A DNA stretch of 64,000 nucleotides, taken from contig MU054391.1 in NCBI GenBank assembly GCA_013239625.1, forward strand, positions 1,118,001-1,182,000, written 5' to 3'. Under the pieces are notes generated by a model that saw only the letters and a list, made by a program, of their open reading frames with translations, searched no databases and was not told where the DNA came from. Of the stretch, positions 49,760 through 62,572 are shown in pieces (within the stretch, counting starts at the first letter, position 1; each line of letters begins with the position of its first letter). Both the position numbers and the translations under genes were made by a program. This stretch comes from Lama guanicoe (lineage: Eukaryota).

Positions 49760-49880
49760 TCTGTCTATCAATTACAAAGTGAATTTTGGAGGCACAAGAT
49801 AATTTCTAGCTTTTTTACATTGTATCCTCCAGTATCTACTGAACAGCTTGGCATATACAGGTTTCTAGTAAACATTGGGT
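49760..49880 (+). mobile_element. L2 3' terminus
   Basis: CATTGTATCCTCCAGTATCTACTGAACAGCTTGGCATATACAGGTTTCTAGTAAACATTGG. Confidence 0.7.
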
Positions 49881-50343
49881 AGGTGGATGGATGATGGATG
49901 GATGGATGGGGCGAAGGATGGGTGGAAAGATGGGTAGATGGATGAATGATGGATAAATGAAATGGGTAGATGGATGGATGGATGAAAAGATGGGTAGATG
50001 GATGGATGGGTGGATGGATGAGTGGATGGGTAGATGGATGATGGATGGGTAGATGGGTGGATAAATGATGAATAAATGGATGGGCAGATGATGGATGAAC
50101 GGATGGGTGGATTGATGGATGATGGATGGGTGAGTGGACGATGGATGGATGATGGATAGATGGATGGATGGGTGGATAGATGAAGGATGGATGGATGGAT
50201 GATGGAAGGATGGATGGGTGGATGGTGGATGGATAGATGGGTGGATGGAAGATGGATGGATGGATGATGGATAGATAGATGGATGGATGGGTGGATAGAT
50301 GAAGGATGGATGGATGGGTGGATGGATGGATGGGTGGATGGAT
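49878..50343. repeat. (GGAT/TGGA)n imperfect satellite, about 465 bp
   Basis: Direct reading. It produces the HPSI-repeat ORFs. Confidence 0.95.
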
Positions 50344-50884
50344 AAAAGAATATGTTTGTGCATATACACTCTTTAAATTTTGGAGAGTGACTAGTGAGAC
50401 AAGTTGTCAATATCCATCACACACATTCAAATGAATGATGAGTATTCCAGGGATTTTTTTTGATAATAACCTTCTATGAAGATAGGCAGTATATGGTCAC
50501 TGTTATATGCTAAAATCTTAACTAAGGCAGAGTCTCACCCGGAATGGTCTCCCATCCAAAATCAGCCTGGTGTCAGAACCTGCGATTTATTTCTCCACTC
50601 ATTCATTCAACAAAACACTGGTAGCGGCTTACAACGAGTATGACATGAGAATAAGTAAGGCTCGATCACTGCTCACATAAAACCTGACCGCTGCTAAAAT
50701 GCTACGTATCAGTGCCACAGTTCACCTGCTTCCCTTGGTCACATCTTTGCCTTCGCTGCCTTTGCTTCGGGAGCGCTGTTGCTCACCTTCCCGCGATGCC
50801 AGCGCGGTCTGTTGACGTTACTTTCCTCCACGTCTGATACTGTTATGCTTATTGTTAGCAGTATTTGCGTCTTTGTCTACTCTT

Positions 50885-51065
50885 TGCACAGAACTTACTT
50901 TTTGCTAAGCATTTTGCTCGGTGCGTGAACACACCCTCACAAATATTAGACGATTTCACCCATGTATTAGCTGAAGCAGCTGAGGCTTGACGAGATTAAG
51001 GATCCACTGAAAGACACAGATCGACAGATGGAGAAGTTGAGCCCACATCAGTCTGATGCCCAGCT
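50885..51065 (-). mobile_element. MIR SINE
   Basis: CCCATGTATTAGCTGAAGCAGCTGAGGCTTGACGAGATTAAG...CAGTCTGATGCC. Confidence 0.6.
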
Positions 51066-51303
51066 TGGGGATTTATAGGTTTTATTTTATTTACCATTGG
51101 CCCGGTGAAACAGACATCAACCCATCGGAACGTTGGTGAGGAATTATCTAAACACAAAGATAGAATCTAGAGGGGACAGAAAAACAGCAGACACGGCCCA
51201 GACTTCAAGGAGCTTACAGGGTAGAGGAGGGGGAACTAAAGCCTGAAAGCTCAGTCACTGTAAGAGCACTTCTGCGACCTGAGCATTTTCCCGAACGCCA
51301 CAG

Positions 51304-51660
51304 CGTTAGGACTTGGCTGAGCCCTGCTCCAGCGCGCGGCGGTGCAAGCGACCTGCAGAAGCTACGGTAGCCACGCTCACTAGTAATTCTGCTCAGCGAT
51401 CCTGTCATTAGCCTCAAAAACCAGCTTTAAGTAAAGAAATGCAACAGGCATTATATTCAGCACAAAAGCTAGGGAAGACAAAGCGCTGTGCACCGGAAGG
51501 GCTCGCTCCTGGCGAGGCAAACTGCTTTAAACAGGCGTGGAAATGAGCGTGCGCACCATCAGAGGCCGGAAGGGAAGTTCCACCTTGTCTTTAAAGCCCA
51601 GTCTCTCCAAGGTTGAGTCTGACAGGGGTTCTTACCAAAGACTTGCTCCATTTCCCCCCT
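51304..51660 (-). mobile_element. Possible ERV solo LTR
   Basis: LTR-like antisense layout (CCAGCTTTAAGTAAAGAAATGCAACAGGCATTATATTCAG, CTGCTTTAAACAGG). Family not recognised. Confidence 0.35.
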
Positions 51661-51926
51661 GTTTTACCTGCTCTTTGGGGCACACTTGCCTCTGTCAGCC
51701 ATTTGTTTCCTGGCGTAAGTCCCTGAGACTGCCACGTCATCCCAGGACTTGGGGTTCCTCAAGGACTCTGGCCTCTCATGTGATGTTGGGCAGAAGAGGA
51801 CACGCAGGGTCTGCTGCTGGTGGCCTGGGGAAACTGCATGACCTCCCCTCCTCCCAGTTCTGTCATCAGCTAGCGAAGACTGTGGTGTTCAGCTGGAGAG
51901 ATTTCGGTGACCATGACATGGAATCA

Positions 51927-52434
51927 TGTCACTCCCGAGTCCAAACTCGTTCTGCTCGCTGCAGGACAAGCCAATAAATCAGGAGGCGAGGTGTTGAGGA
52001 AGGAATAAAGACTTCATTTGGAAAGCTGGCAGACCAAGAAGATGGGGGGCTAATGTCCTGAAGAACCATCTTCCCCAAGTCAAAATTCAGGCTCCTTTTA
52101 TACTAAAAAGGGGAGGGGTGTGGTTGGTCGTTGCAAACTTTTTGGTGTCGGAATCTTCTGCTCTTGTAGCCGTCCACATGGGTCAGGTCGTGGCGTCCCT
52201 GTAAACCTCCAGCAAGACAAGTGCTCTTCTCTGTTCTGCAATTTTTCTTCTCTGTATGAATGGAAGAGTGTTATCCCCTTGCAGGTCAGAGCCTTGAGAA
52301 GGGGCTGTTCTGTAGATTTCAGGCTGCAGGTGACATTCTTTCACAAAAGGTGCAGACCCAGCCCAGGAAACAGCACCGGGTCAGAGGTAAAGGAACAGAT
52401 CCCACAGGGAGTCAGGTTTTTCCTCCCTGTGACG
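51927..52434 (-). mobile_element. Cetartiodactyl ERV1-type solo LTR
   Basis: TGTCAC..CCGAGTCCAAACTCGTTCTGCTCGC...GCCAATAAATC...GCAGACCAAGAAGATGG...CTTTTATACTAAAAAGGGGAGGGG...GTAAAGGAACAGATCCCA. Confidence 0.82.
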
Positions 52435-53839
52435 ATGTGACCGAAGGTACTTCACAAATTCCAGAAGTTTGAAACACAGTGTGTGAGTGTTGTCTTCACT
52501 TTGCAGGGCTGTCTGCACGGTACCGTCTACGGGGGTCACTCCTGAGAGCACAACGCACTCACTCCAGGTGGAGAACTGGATCCAGGCAAACAGGTGCCGG
52601 CTTCCAGTTTGACCCCGAGCCCCACAGCCTCACAAGCCGAGCGCCTTGCTCCCGCGGATTGACACTGAACGGCCGTGGCCTGAGCAGCCCCGGCCTCCCC
52701 AGGAGCACCGGACACGCCGCCTCTCTGCTCCAGCCTGTGCGGAGGCTCCCACGGGTCTGCAGCCCAGATCCCACCTCAAGCTGTTTTCCCAGGTGTCCCC
52801 AGTCAAGGCCCCCCTCCATTTGGTCAAAGGCCACCACCGGCCTCTCCTCAGCACTGAGAAGTGAGCCCATTTCATCAGACTCCCGTTGGCCCGTGGCCTG
52901 CTTCCCCGGCCTCCGAGCGTCGCTTGTCGGCCTCCCCCTGCGCCGCGTCTCCCTGCCCACCGCCAAATGGGTCAGGGCTGTCGCTGGCCTGTACTCCTTA
53001 CCTGGGGACATATCGCTCTGGTCTCGAGACACTGTCTTCATTTTCCTTTTCTGCCCAACAGCCCCTAGTCCTTAAAAATTAGCCTTATCCCAGCGCATTA
53101 ATGGATCACATTTAAAATAACTTTCATCCGAGCCAAATGGGGACACAGATACCGCATCACACAACTGGAGGTGATTATTCACCGCCATCCGCGTCCGCCC
53201 GGGGGAGAAGACAATGTGGTTTTGTAGCATGAAAAGGTAAACTTTGCTGCTGGCCTCTGACCACGCACGATCTGTTCCCACGTCTGTTTTAAAGCCGTTT
53301 ACTCTCCGCGAGCAGCCCCTTCTGGGCCCCACCACTGCCTGCCCTGCATTTCTGTCCTGAATAGACGGCCTCCAGCCACTTGTTTGTTTAAAAATAGTCA
53401 TTGCTATTAATGACAGAGTCTCATTCTCTACAAAGACGGCTGCCCAGCAGGTGCCAGGAAGGCAGCGTGCGCCGCAGAGGGCGCAGGGTCTCACTGACAC
53501 AGTCTCACGGGCACAGCTCGGGCGGGGTGAGGGGGCACAGCTGGGGGAAGAGCCTGCAGAGGGAGGCAGGCCCAGAGCAGAGCCAGGCTGCCACTCCTGC
53601 GCTGCAGCCCGACCCGCCTCTCCTTCCTCTGATGTTTCCTCATCTGCAAAATGAAGGTGCTGTGAAGAATCATGTCTGCTGACCCTTGACCCCCCGACAT
53701 CACTGGCAGCTCCCCGAAGGGCGCCCACGCCGAGCTGTCTTCCGAGACCTAGAAATCACAGCCGTAGTCTTCATACAGTGCTGATCTGAGACGAGCGCCT
53801 CAGGTTGGGAACAGTGCTCTACGCTGAGTGTGAGGCAGA

Positions 53840-53900
53840 AGAAGATAGGGCTATCCCCATTCTCTGGGTGAAGAAACTGAGGCACAGAGGAATTGCATGG
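53840..53900 (-). mobile_element. MIR core fragment
   Basis: ATCCCCATTCTCTGGGTGAAGAAACTGAGGCACAGAG. Confidence 0.7.
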
Positions 53901-56799
53901 TTTTTCCGAGGTCTCTGTTTGGAGCCAGATGATACCCCGGGTCACTCTGGCAACTGTTTTCCAAATGACATTTACACACTTCGACCTGCTCATCCTTTCC
54001 CTGCACTGGCAGGGGAGCAGGGGTCCAGCAGGAGAGTGCGGAGGGGAAGCCCTGGTTCTGCCTGGGCAGAGGCACAAGGCCCAGAAAACCGTTGTGGGTC
54101 AGGCCGGGGTGTGGGGAAGGGGAGTGGGCGGCCCAAGAGGGTCAACAGGTCAGCCCAGCCTGAGGCCACACCTGTCCTGCCACCTGGGGCAGCCCCCCTC
54201 TCCTGGCCCGTCCGCCCCTGCCCGCCCCTGCCCGCCCCCCATCTGTAGCCTCGTGCGGTTGGGAGCCGCCAGCATCCCAGGGGCAGAAGCACCTGATTGT
54301 CTTTGATTGTTCTGAGACTTTAATTAAAATCATCTACCTCGCCTTGCCTTTTGCTCAGGAGGCTTCTCGAGTGATGGCGACTTCCCCATGCTTCCATGGC
54401 TTGGTGTCCCCTGTGATCGTCGCCTGGAGAGAGCAGAGACACTCACCCCTCCACGCAGGGGGCTTCTCCCCCGGAGGGCTGCACCCGAGACCCACACCTC
54501 CTGGGGGGCAGGGCTGCTGCTCTGCCGGTGCCTGCTGTCCCGAGCCCCTTCTGGGCAATGCAGGACACAGAGCCACGCACAGGTTAGGAGCAGGGTGGCT
54601 GATGGCAGCAAAGGCTTGACTGAAGAGGCCAGAAGGTGTGCGTGTTTACTTATATTTGAATGCTTACCTTGGGTAATGAGGAGCCCACAGCTGGCTGGTG
54701 GCAGCTTGGTCCCAAGGTCAGGGGCCGAGGGGCGATGTCTCCTTGGTGAGCGCCTGTCCTCTCTGTGGTGCAAGATGGCCATGGGGTCCCTCCAGGGAGG
54801 AGGGAGGGCGGGCAGAGAAGCCTGACCTGGGACCAGACCAGACCCCTCCGACTGGCAGCCTTCCCTGTGAGAGAGGACAGGTATCTGCTCCCAGGTGCCC
54901 GCATGCATCCCTCCTGATGACACAGGTTAACGGGAAGTGGGCGGGGCTGGCAGCAGACACTTTGCAGCTCTCAGAAGGGGCAGGCTCCCCGACTGGTTCT
55001 GTAACAGCCTCGCAGGTAAATCTGTGCTAAGCGCTTATTAACTAATTGTGCACTTTCATCTTTCCAGGTGGAAAGAAGATGAAACCTTCACTCCAGCCTG
55101 TAGAGATAAAATGAAGCCACGCACGTGACTGCAACTTTCAAAGACCCACATTTACGTGATGTTGGAAGAGCCGGCATGTACTCAGAAGTTTCTATTTCTG
55201 AGCTGAGTTAATGCCATTTACAGCTGCAGGTCTCTGTAGAGTGGGTGCGAGGCTGGACCCCAGGGCTCCCTGGAGGAGGCCGTCCAGGGACAAGTGTGTA
55301 GGCAAGGCCACGAGAGACCGAGTTGCTCCACTCTGAGCGTGGCTTTCCCTCTGCAATCTCATCAGGGACCCCCATCCACAGCGCAACCGTTTCTAGAACA
55401 GGATCCAAGGAGAGAAGTCAGTGCAGCTGCGTGATGTGACTGTTCACCCCTCTGAGGAGGAGGGCACCTAGATCACAGCTGTCTCGGCTCAGGGTGAGTG
55501 GGCCGTGTGAACAGAGGCTCCGTCGTTTCCAAGACTCCTTCAGGGCAAGCCACGACTTGAAATCTATCAAGAAACCTGAAATCAACACCACCTGTGCTCC
55601 CTGCTCGCCTGTGAGAGGGCGTGGGAAGCCCTGAGAGTAGCCTGCAGGTCCCCGGGTGAGCCTGGGCGTGTCCCGGCCGGAGAGGGGTGTCCTGACTGCG
55701 CAGGGCCTCTGGTTCAATCCCAGTTTGGCTGCTGTCCAGTGATTGGCTCTGGGGAAAGTCATTGGAACTGTCCAGCCTCGTAAGGTTCATACGAAAGGCA
55801 GCAGTAACGGCCCATGTCAGCTGTGAAGCATTCGTGAAGGTTTAAGATTATGGCAAGCACTGTGTCCGAGGGTGGCCGCAGACTGGGGCCGGCCTGGCGA
55901 CCACCAGCCATGTTCACTGGGTTCAGGACTCCCTCCATCCTGTGCACTGATGTGCACCTCGGACCGGCCTCTCCACCCTGGAGCTCAGGGGAGGGACAGC
56001 ACTGGGTCCCTCCAGAAGAGGAGGACTCCAGACTCTGACTTTCACGTTTCTGAAGACGTGGCATTTAGCTGGGAACTATTTTCTGTCTTCCCTTCAGGAT
56101 GCTGGAACAGAAATATTTCAAAGAGGAAATAAAATGCAGCAGCACATTTCCTTTGGTGATGAGACTCGGTGCCCGTGGGATTTGCCGGGGCTCACACACA
56201 GTCAGTCAGGATGACAGCTCTCCCGAGACAGCTTGGAACAGTCTCCCAGAAAGTTGCTTGAAGAATATTTAGAAATCCTGTGTCTGGGCTGGAAGGCCAG
56301 GGCCCAGCCGTGTCCTGCAGTCGGGGTCACTCAGGAGGGCCCTCCAGCACCACCCGAGCCCCTCACTAAGCTCCGTGGGGATTGGGGTTCTCCTGGAGGA
56401 GACAGAACCGCTATTTCTGGATGGTTTGCTTAGGAAAAAAGCTGTGTCCAAGGTGTGACTTCTCCGGGGGTCAAGTTCCCTCTGGCAGCCCCTGTTCTGA
56501 GCTGGAGCCGCCCCTGCTGTGGCTGTTCCGGAAGTCCTCCCCTGGGTGAGGGTGAGGGCAGCCCAGGGGTCAGGCCAACACGAGCCCCCCCCCCGGAGGC
56601 CGGGGGTCCCCACGCATTTCAGAGGCTCCCCTTGGCAGGGCCTCTTTCCTGGAAGAAACACGTGAGTCCCGTCTGCCTACAACCAGCGCCCAGCACCGGC
56701 GGTCACTCGGGGATGCAGCTCCTCCCCTTGACCGCAGAGCATTGTCCTTGCTGGCCTCCCTGGATGCTGGAGCCTGGAGGATGGCTGCCCGCTGCTGTG

Positions 56800-56945
56800 C
56801 AGAGAGAAGGAGCCTGGGAGAGGTTAACCTCCCAGTTACCAGAAAGCTTGTTGGAAACGCGGAGCCCCAGGCCCCACCCCTAGAAGTGCCACGTGAGAAC
56901 CTGCCTTCCAGCCGCGTCCCAGGAGAGCACACCCAAGCCCGGGCC
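56800..56945. mobile_element. MER5A-like DNA transposon remnant
   Basis: GCTTGTTGGAAACGCGGAGCCCCAGGCCCCACCCCTAGA...GAACCTGCCTTCCAGCCGCGTCCCAGG. Confidence 0.5.
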
Positions 56946-57734
56946 GTGCCGGCCTGGACGTGCCTCCCCACTGCAGAGGCCCGGGTGTGTCTCCCCCCTG
57001 CAGAGGCCCGGGTGGGTTAGGGATTTGATTCGCCTTTCAGTTTCTCCAGTTCTCTGTCCAGCTTTTAAACATATTAGTGCCATTTTTCTATTTTAAACCA
57101 ATGTCACCTTGATGGAAAGTTCACCCTGCATGGCCCTGGATTCTGAGTGTGTGGGAGGAGGCGAGGAAGCAGCCCTATTTTCCCTCGACTCAGACATTAC
57201 CAACACCTCAGGTGTCTGAATTGTCTCTACTACTCCCTGTGCAAATTGCAGGTATGAGCTGCAGCGCCTGGCGCTGGGCTGGTGCTTTATTCTGCAGACG
57301 CTCAGCCTGAAAGCCGGGGGCCTCCAGATGGGAGGGGCGGCTGCTCCCCAACTGGGGGAGCAGCGCGGGTCTGGGCCTCCACCCCCTGTCAGCAGGCTGA
57401 CCCTGCCTGGCCCCTGGGAGCAGGGGCAGGGCCCTCCGAGGATCAGAAGCAGCAGCCTGGAGCGGTTTGGGGCTGTGCAGAAAGGGGGCTGCACCCAAGC
57501 AAGCAGCCACAGTCTTTTCTCTTAGAAGAAGCGTGAGAGGCAGGTCTTTAGCTGACTTCAGTGGCTTTCCTTTAATAAGCCCCACATGCGGGGACAGACA
57601 CCACCTCAAAGCTAGCAACCCCAAGGGCACACCTGCGTCCTCAGCACCACCCGCTCTTTCCCCAGAAAGCCAGCCCCGCCCCCCCCAAACCTGGGGCCGA
57701 GCCCTTGACGAAGCCAGCACATCACCTTGAGGCT

Positions 57735-57915
57735 TCCCTACACAGGTGTGAATTCCAGCTCGAACACTTACCTGCTGTGTGTGCTCTTATGAGTGATTCA
57801 GCCTCTCTGAGCTACCTTCTTCCCTCTCTTATTTCACTTGCCAAAAAAAAAAAATAAGCTTTCACCTGTCAGGTAGCAGGGACAACTCACTGAGACAGCA
57901 CATGGGATGTACAAC
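57735..57915 (+). mobile_element. MIR SINE
   Basis: GGTGTGAATTCCAGCTCGAACACTTACCTGCTGTGTG...AGCCTCTCTGAGC. Confidence 0.6.
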
Positions 57916-57983
57916 AGAGAGCTTTTACGAATGTGTCTAAATGAATGTCGTGTTCACCACCTCTCTTCATGTTCCCTCTCCAG

Positions 57984-58366
57984 TGTATTAGTCAGCTCAT
58001 GCTGCTAAACAAATGCCAGAGGCAGGGAGCTAAAACAAGAGGCAGATGTGACTTCAGGTCCTGGAAGCTGAAAGTCTGAGATCAGGGTGTCCGCAGGGCT
58101 GGCTTCCCCTGAGGGCTCTCTCTTTGGCTGCTGTGACCTCACAGAGTCTTTTCTCCTCGTATGCATCCCCGATGTCTCTCTGTGTATCCAAGTTTCCTTT
58201 GCTGATAAGGGCTCGAGTCAGACTGGATTAGTGCCCACCCCAATGACCTTATTATAACTGATCACCTCTGCCAAGGCTCTATCTCCAAATACAGTCGGAT
58301 TCTGAGGTGCTGACAGTTAGGGCTTCAACATATGAATTTTAGGGAAACACGATTCAGCCCCTAACA
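57984..58366 (-). mobile_element. MaLR MLT1A0-like solo LTR with 5-bp TSD
   Basis: TGTATTAGTCAGCTC...ATCTCCAAATACAGTC...GGGCTTCAACATATGAATTTT...GATTCAGCCCCTAACA, flanked by TCCAG / TCCAA. Confidence 0.92.
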
Positions 58367-59074
58367 TCCAACTCCCCAGTCCTGATCCCTCTTGAATTCC
58401 TGTTCTTCTGCAAATAGCTCTTTGAACCTCACATTAATTAGAATTACCTGTAAGTCTCATCTGGATTTCCTCTTTAGAAATCTTTTGCCAAATTGCAACC
58501 CAGAATAACACTCTCCATCATTTTTTCACCATAATAAATCAACGTTAAAGCACCTGTCCACCCATCTGCCCATCCAGACGTTTGTTCTCTGGTGGTCTTA
58601 CATGGAGAACCACCCAAGAACCTTGCCTTGTACCAGCCATTAAGAAGATCTCAAAGCGAACAGGACAAACCATGGAAGCTCCTGACATGTAAAAAGATGC
58701 TTCTTCACACGTAAAAAAGAAAAGCTTTGATTAGCAAGCTCTAACATCCCTTCCAGCTTGAAAGCTCTGTAACACTTTCATCATCCTCATCCAAAAACAT
58801 CAGAAAAGCATCGTCATCAAAGGGCCCCTGACACAGGGGCTGTGCTCTGCCCAGTACAGCACTCCCTCTGCCTCCTTTCTGCCTGCAGGGAGCTTGACGT
58901 TGGAGACAGCTGGCTAGACCCACAGGCAGGTATCTTGAAGGTAACACGTGAGTGGAAGGACTGTAAGCAATCGTACTAGAAGGCGTCCTAAGGACACGCT
59001 GGCGGCAGGAACGGAGACCTGGTCGTGTGGCCCTGCTCCAATCTGCCTCGTTTACCGTCTCATTTCTTCCTCAC

Positions 59075-59200
59075 AACCACCCCACCTGTCTGGAAGGTGC
59101 TTTTACAGCCACGACTTGAGGTGAGGAAACAGAAACATGCCAAGAAGCTTGCTGCCTTTGCTCATTCAGAAAGCGTCGGCCAGGGTTCAGCACCAGGAGC
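59075..59200 (-). mobile_element. MIR fragment
   Basis: CCTCACAACCACCCC...GAGGTGAGGAAACAGAAAC...GGCCAGGGTTCAGCACCAGG. Confidence 0.55.
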
Positions 59201-59981
59201 TGGACAGCGACGCCCGTCCTGCCGGCCCAGCTCCGTCCCCCGACTGACCCGACAGGAGCGCCTCCTGGGGGCAGAGGGGCGTCTGCAGAAAGACCATCTA
59301 AACCAGATGCGCGAGGGGGCTCAGCCATGGGGACATCTACTCGGAGACAGAGCGCTTTGTTTTCCTGAATTAATTACAGTGAAGGTCACACTCTAGCCCT
59401 CATCCCACTGAGGGTTTGAGCTGATCTTGTATTAGTTCACTGGAGTCCCAGTGAATGAATGAACCTAACAAGCATCCACCAGGAGCACGAGGAGATGGCT
59501 GTCCCCCCGCGAGCCCAGAGATGGCTGTCCCTCCGTGAGCCCGGAGATATGCTCAGCCTCCACGGCCCCCACCCCACGAAGACAAAGCTACATGACGCTG
59601 TGCCGACTTCCCTGGACCTCCCCTCCTCCTGCGCCTCTAACTTAAACTTTTGATGCAATTATTCTATTCAAAATATATTACAGCCACTTAGGTACACTTC
59701 CTGTCCTAACCCCAACCCCAGCTCCTCCCTCACCCTATTAGATCGGCAGATTCTTGTGCACCAAACTTACAAACCCACTACTGATTCTTAGCGCCCCCCA
59801 ACTCACAGACACACAGCACCTACCCCAGAGGAACACAGAACAGCTCTTTAAGGCATGCATGCAGCATGGAAGATAGACTTTGACTTCTAGAGAAGCAAAC
59901 TGTCACCTGAAAAATTCTTAATGGTAGGAGTCAAAGAGAAGGGAGCCTGCTGGACATGATCCATGAGCTGAAAGAGTGTGA

Positions 59982-60143
59982 AAGGGGATGGGAGAGGGAG
60001 GGGTAGGGATGGGAGGGAGGAACAGAAGAAAGAGAGGGAGGGAAGGAGAGAGGGAGAGAGGAGAAAGAGAGGGAAGGGGAAGGGGGAGAGGGAGAGAGAG
60101 AGAGAGAAATGGAGGGGGGGGAGAGGGAGGGAGAGAGGGAGAG
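59982..60143. repeat. GA-rich polypurine tract
   Basis: Almost purine-only for about 160 bp. Confidence 0.92.
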
Positions 60144-61369
60144 ATTTGCTTGAGGATCCAGACATGAAGAAAAAAACCACACCATGTTGTGGAATCTTGA
60201 TTTATAGCAATTTTAAAAGATAAATGCAGGGCTGAAACCAGGAAGTGAAGCTGCCATTGCAGGCGACATCAGAGAGAAATGAGCACTTTCATCAGACCAG
60301 TCTGTCCCCACCTTGCTTGCCCTCCAGGAGCATCTGCCTATCTGTCTCCGTCTCTCTGTCTGTCTGCCTCACTCCCTTTCTCCCTCCCTCCCCCCACACA
60401 CACTCCCTACCCTCAGCTCAGCGCCCTCGTCTCCCTGCTGCCTGCCTCCCTCCCGCCCTGGCCCAGCTCTGCAGTGGGTGCAGGGAGGAGCAGGGAGAGA
60501 TTCATGGCGGCGCACGCTCCGCTCCCCCCTCCCAGACCCAGGCTCATCCCACACGCAGCCTCTTTATGTGGGGTTGTTAGCTCCGCTCCGCTGACTTGGG
60601 AGGCTACATATGTTTAATCTTTATTATTTTTAATGCTATACTTCATCCCTGGGCTTCTGGCTCCAACCACATTCTGACCTCAGAATACCAACAGCAGTAA
60701 AGGCATTGCCATTTGTCACCCCCACGCTGAGCGCCCGGGGTTCTTAAATTAAAAAGCGTGGGAGGGAGCAGAACTCGGCGCTCTCAGTCTCCGCCGTGAA
60801 CAGTCTGTAAATGCAGGGCCGCCTGCACACTCTGACCTCTGACGGGGCGCCGCGCCTGGTGCGTGGCATTCTGAGGTTTGAACAAAAGAAAAGGACCTGT
60901 ATGTGTGGTGGTTGCTGCACGGATGGGCAAGATCAGAACCAGCTCATAAGGGCACCTCTCCTACAAGAGACTCTAGACACAGCGGAGGAGAAAGTGCCTG
61001 CTGGTGGAGCAACAGGGACTCAGCAGGGACCCCAGACTCCAGAGCCCTTCCCCCTGCCTGCCCTGTGCTGTGCAGCCCCTCCCCCTGCCACGTGACAGCC
61101 AGAGGAGGCATCCCACTATGACGATGCCCATCTCTGCTGCCAGGGCTCCCAGCAGGCCATGGGGACTGGGTGATCACACCTCTGCTTCCTGCTGAGCCTC
61201 ATTTCCTGTCCCCTCTAGCTCCTCTGACTGCAAAGGTGAGGAGGCATGATGAAACGGATCTTCAGAAAGTGCTTAGCTCATGCAGACGGGCTCCTTCAGT
61301 GGGAAGCAGTGTCCACATGGCCCGACCATCCCTACGTCATGTTCACGTGCGCCGACCCCTCGGAGCCTC

Positions 61370-61520
61370 AGCACCATTCTGCAAGACAGATTTCCAAAGA
61401 CACGTTTGGTCCCATTTTGCAGATGAGGAAAGGAACTGGAGAAGTTTGACGGTTTCTCCATGTCCTGCAGCCACCACGTGATCAAGCCATCAGCCTGGAG
61501 CCCACAGCCCACTGAAGGTC
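61370..61520 (-). mobile_element. MIR fragment
   Basis: CCCATTTTGCAGATGAGGAAA core. Confidence 0.6.
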
Positions 61521-62211
61521 CCACGTTCACCCGTAGGGGTGGGTGTTCTCTCCTGCAGCAGCGCAAGGCTGAAGGCATATTTTCCTCTGACACTTTGGTG
61601 CAAACCACAGTGTAACCCGAGCTCTGAATCCCTTGTAACAGTGGAGATGCCTGTCCTGATCTGGGGAGGTGGGGCAGGACCTGGTTCATTCGAAGGGATC
61701 CCGTGAATCCAGGCTGGGTCCGCTCCTCCGCCAAAACCTTTCCCACCAGCTCCACTAATTGGGATCATTTTTCGTTCGTCTATTAGAATTAAGCTTTAAA
61801 GCACAGAGACCACTGGGAAAGTGCCCGTCCTGAGAGCAGATTTCCATCAGGCAGGAGAAGAGGGTCTGCAGTCAGCGTCCAGAGATACAGGGAGGCGCCC
61901 ATCTGGCCACCATGCTGTGTCATGCCTGAATGAAACACACACTGCTCTGCACATTAGGCTTCTGTTTTCCAGCTTCAGTTGACAAGGAAAGTCATTTCGT
62001 CCATTTAACAACTTCTGCATGTCAACCTTGTTTCTCCAGAACAGCATTTATTAGATGTCTCCAGATTAGATATTTTTGGAAGGCACCTCGATGCACACAA
62101 CCTCACCATGGGGCCGTGTCTACCGAGATTGCTAAATCCTGTCTGATGACAAAAAACTGCAGGTGGTTTATAAACCACAGTTTTCAAAACCTTTGCAACA
62201 GCCTTTTCAAA

Positions 62212-62572
62212 TGCCTTCACTGGTGAATTCTATCAAACATTTAAAGAAGAATTAATATCAATCCTTCTTACCTTCCCAAACTCTTCCAGAAATACAAAAG
62301 GTGGGAACACTTCCAAACTTATATTACAAGCGTACCCTGACACCAAAATCAGACAAGGACACTCTAAGAAAAGAAAACTATAGGTCAGTATTCCTGATGA
62401 ACAAAGATGCAAAAATCCTCAACAGAATATTAATAAACCAAATCCAACCCACATTAAAAGGCTCATACATCATGAGCAGTGGGATTTATTCCAGGGGTGC
62501 AAGGATGGTTCAACACCTGCAAATCAATCCATGTGAAACATCACATTAAGAAAATAAAGGACAAAAGTCAGA
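62212..62572 (+). mobile_element. L1 ORF2 fragment (region entering the RT domain)
   Basis: FTGEFYQTFKEEL; GTLPNLYY...LTPKSDKDTLRKENYRSVFLMNKDAKILNRILINQIQ. Confidence 0.93.

Noticed and set aside
49836..50410. His/Pro/Ser/Ile-rich ORFs
   Set aside because: They are translations of the (GGAT)n satellite.
52479..55030. Cluster of 150-220-aa ORFs on both strands
   Set aside because: They overlap in many frames, are R/P/G/A/S-rich and show no homology I recognise, as expected from stop-codon scarcity in GC-rich DNA.
58741..58947. Acidic peptide FDDDAFLMFLDEDDESVTEL as a coding exon
   Set aside because: No recognisable protein and no convincing pair of splice sites.
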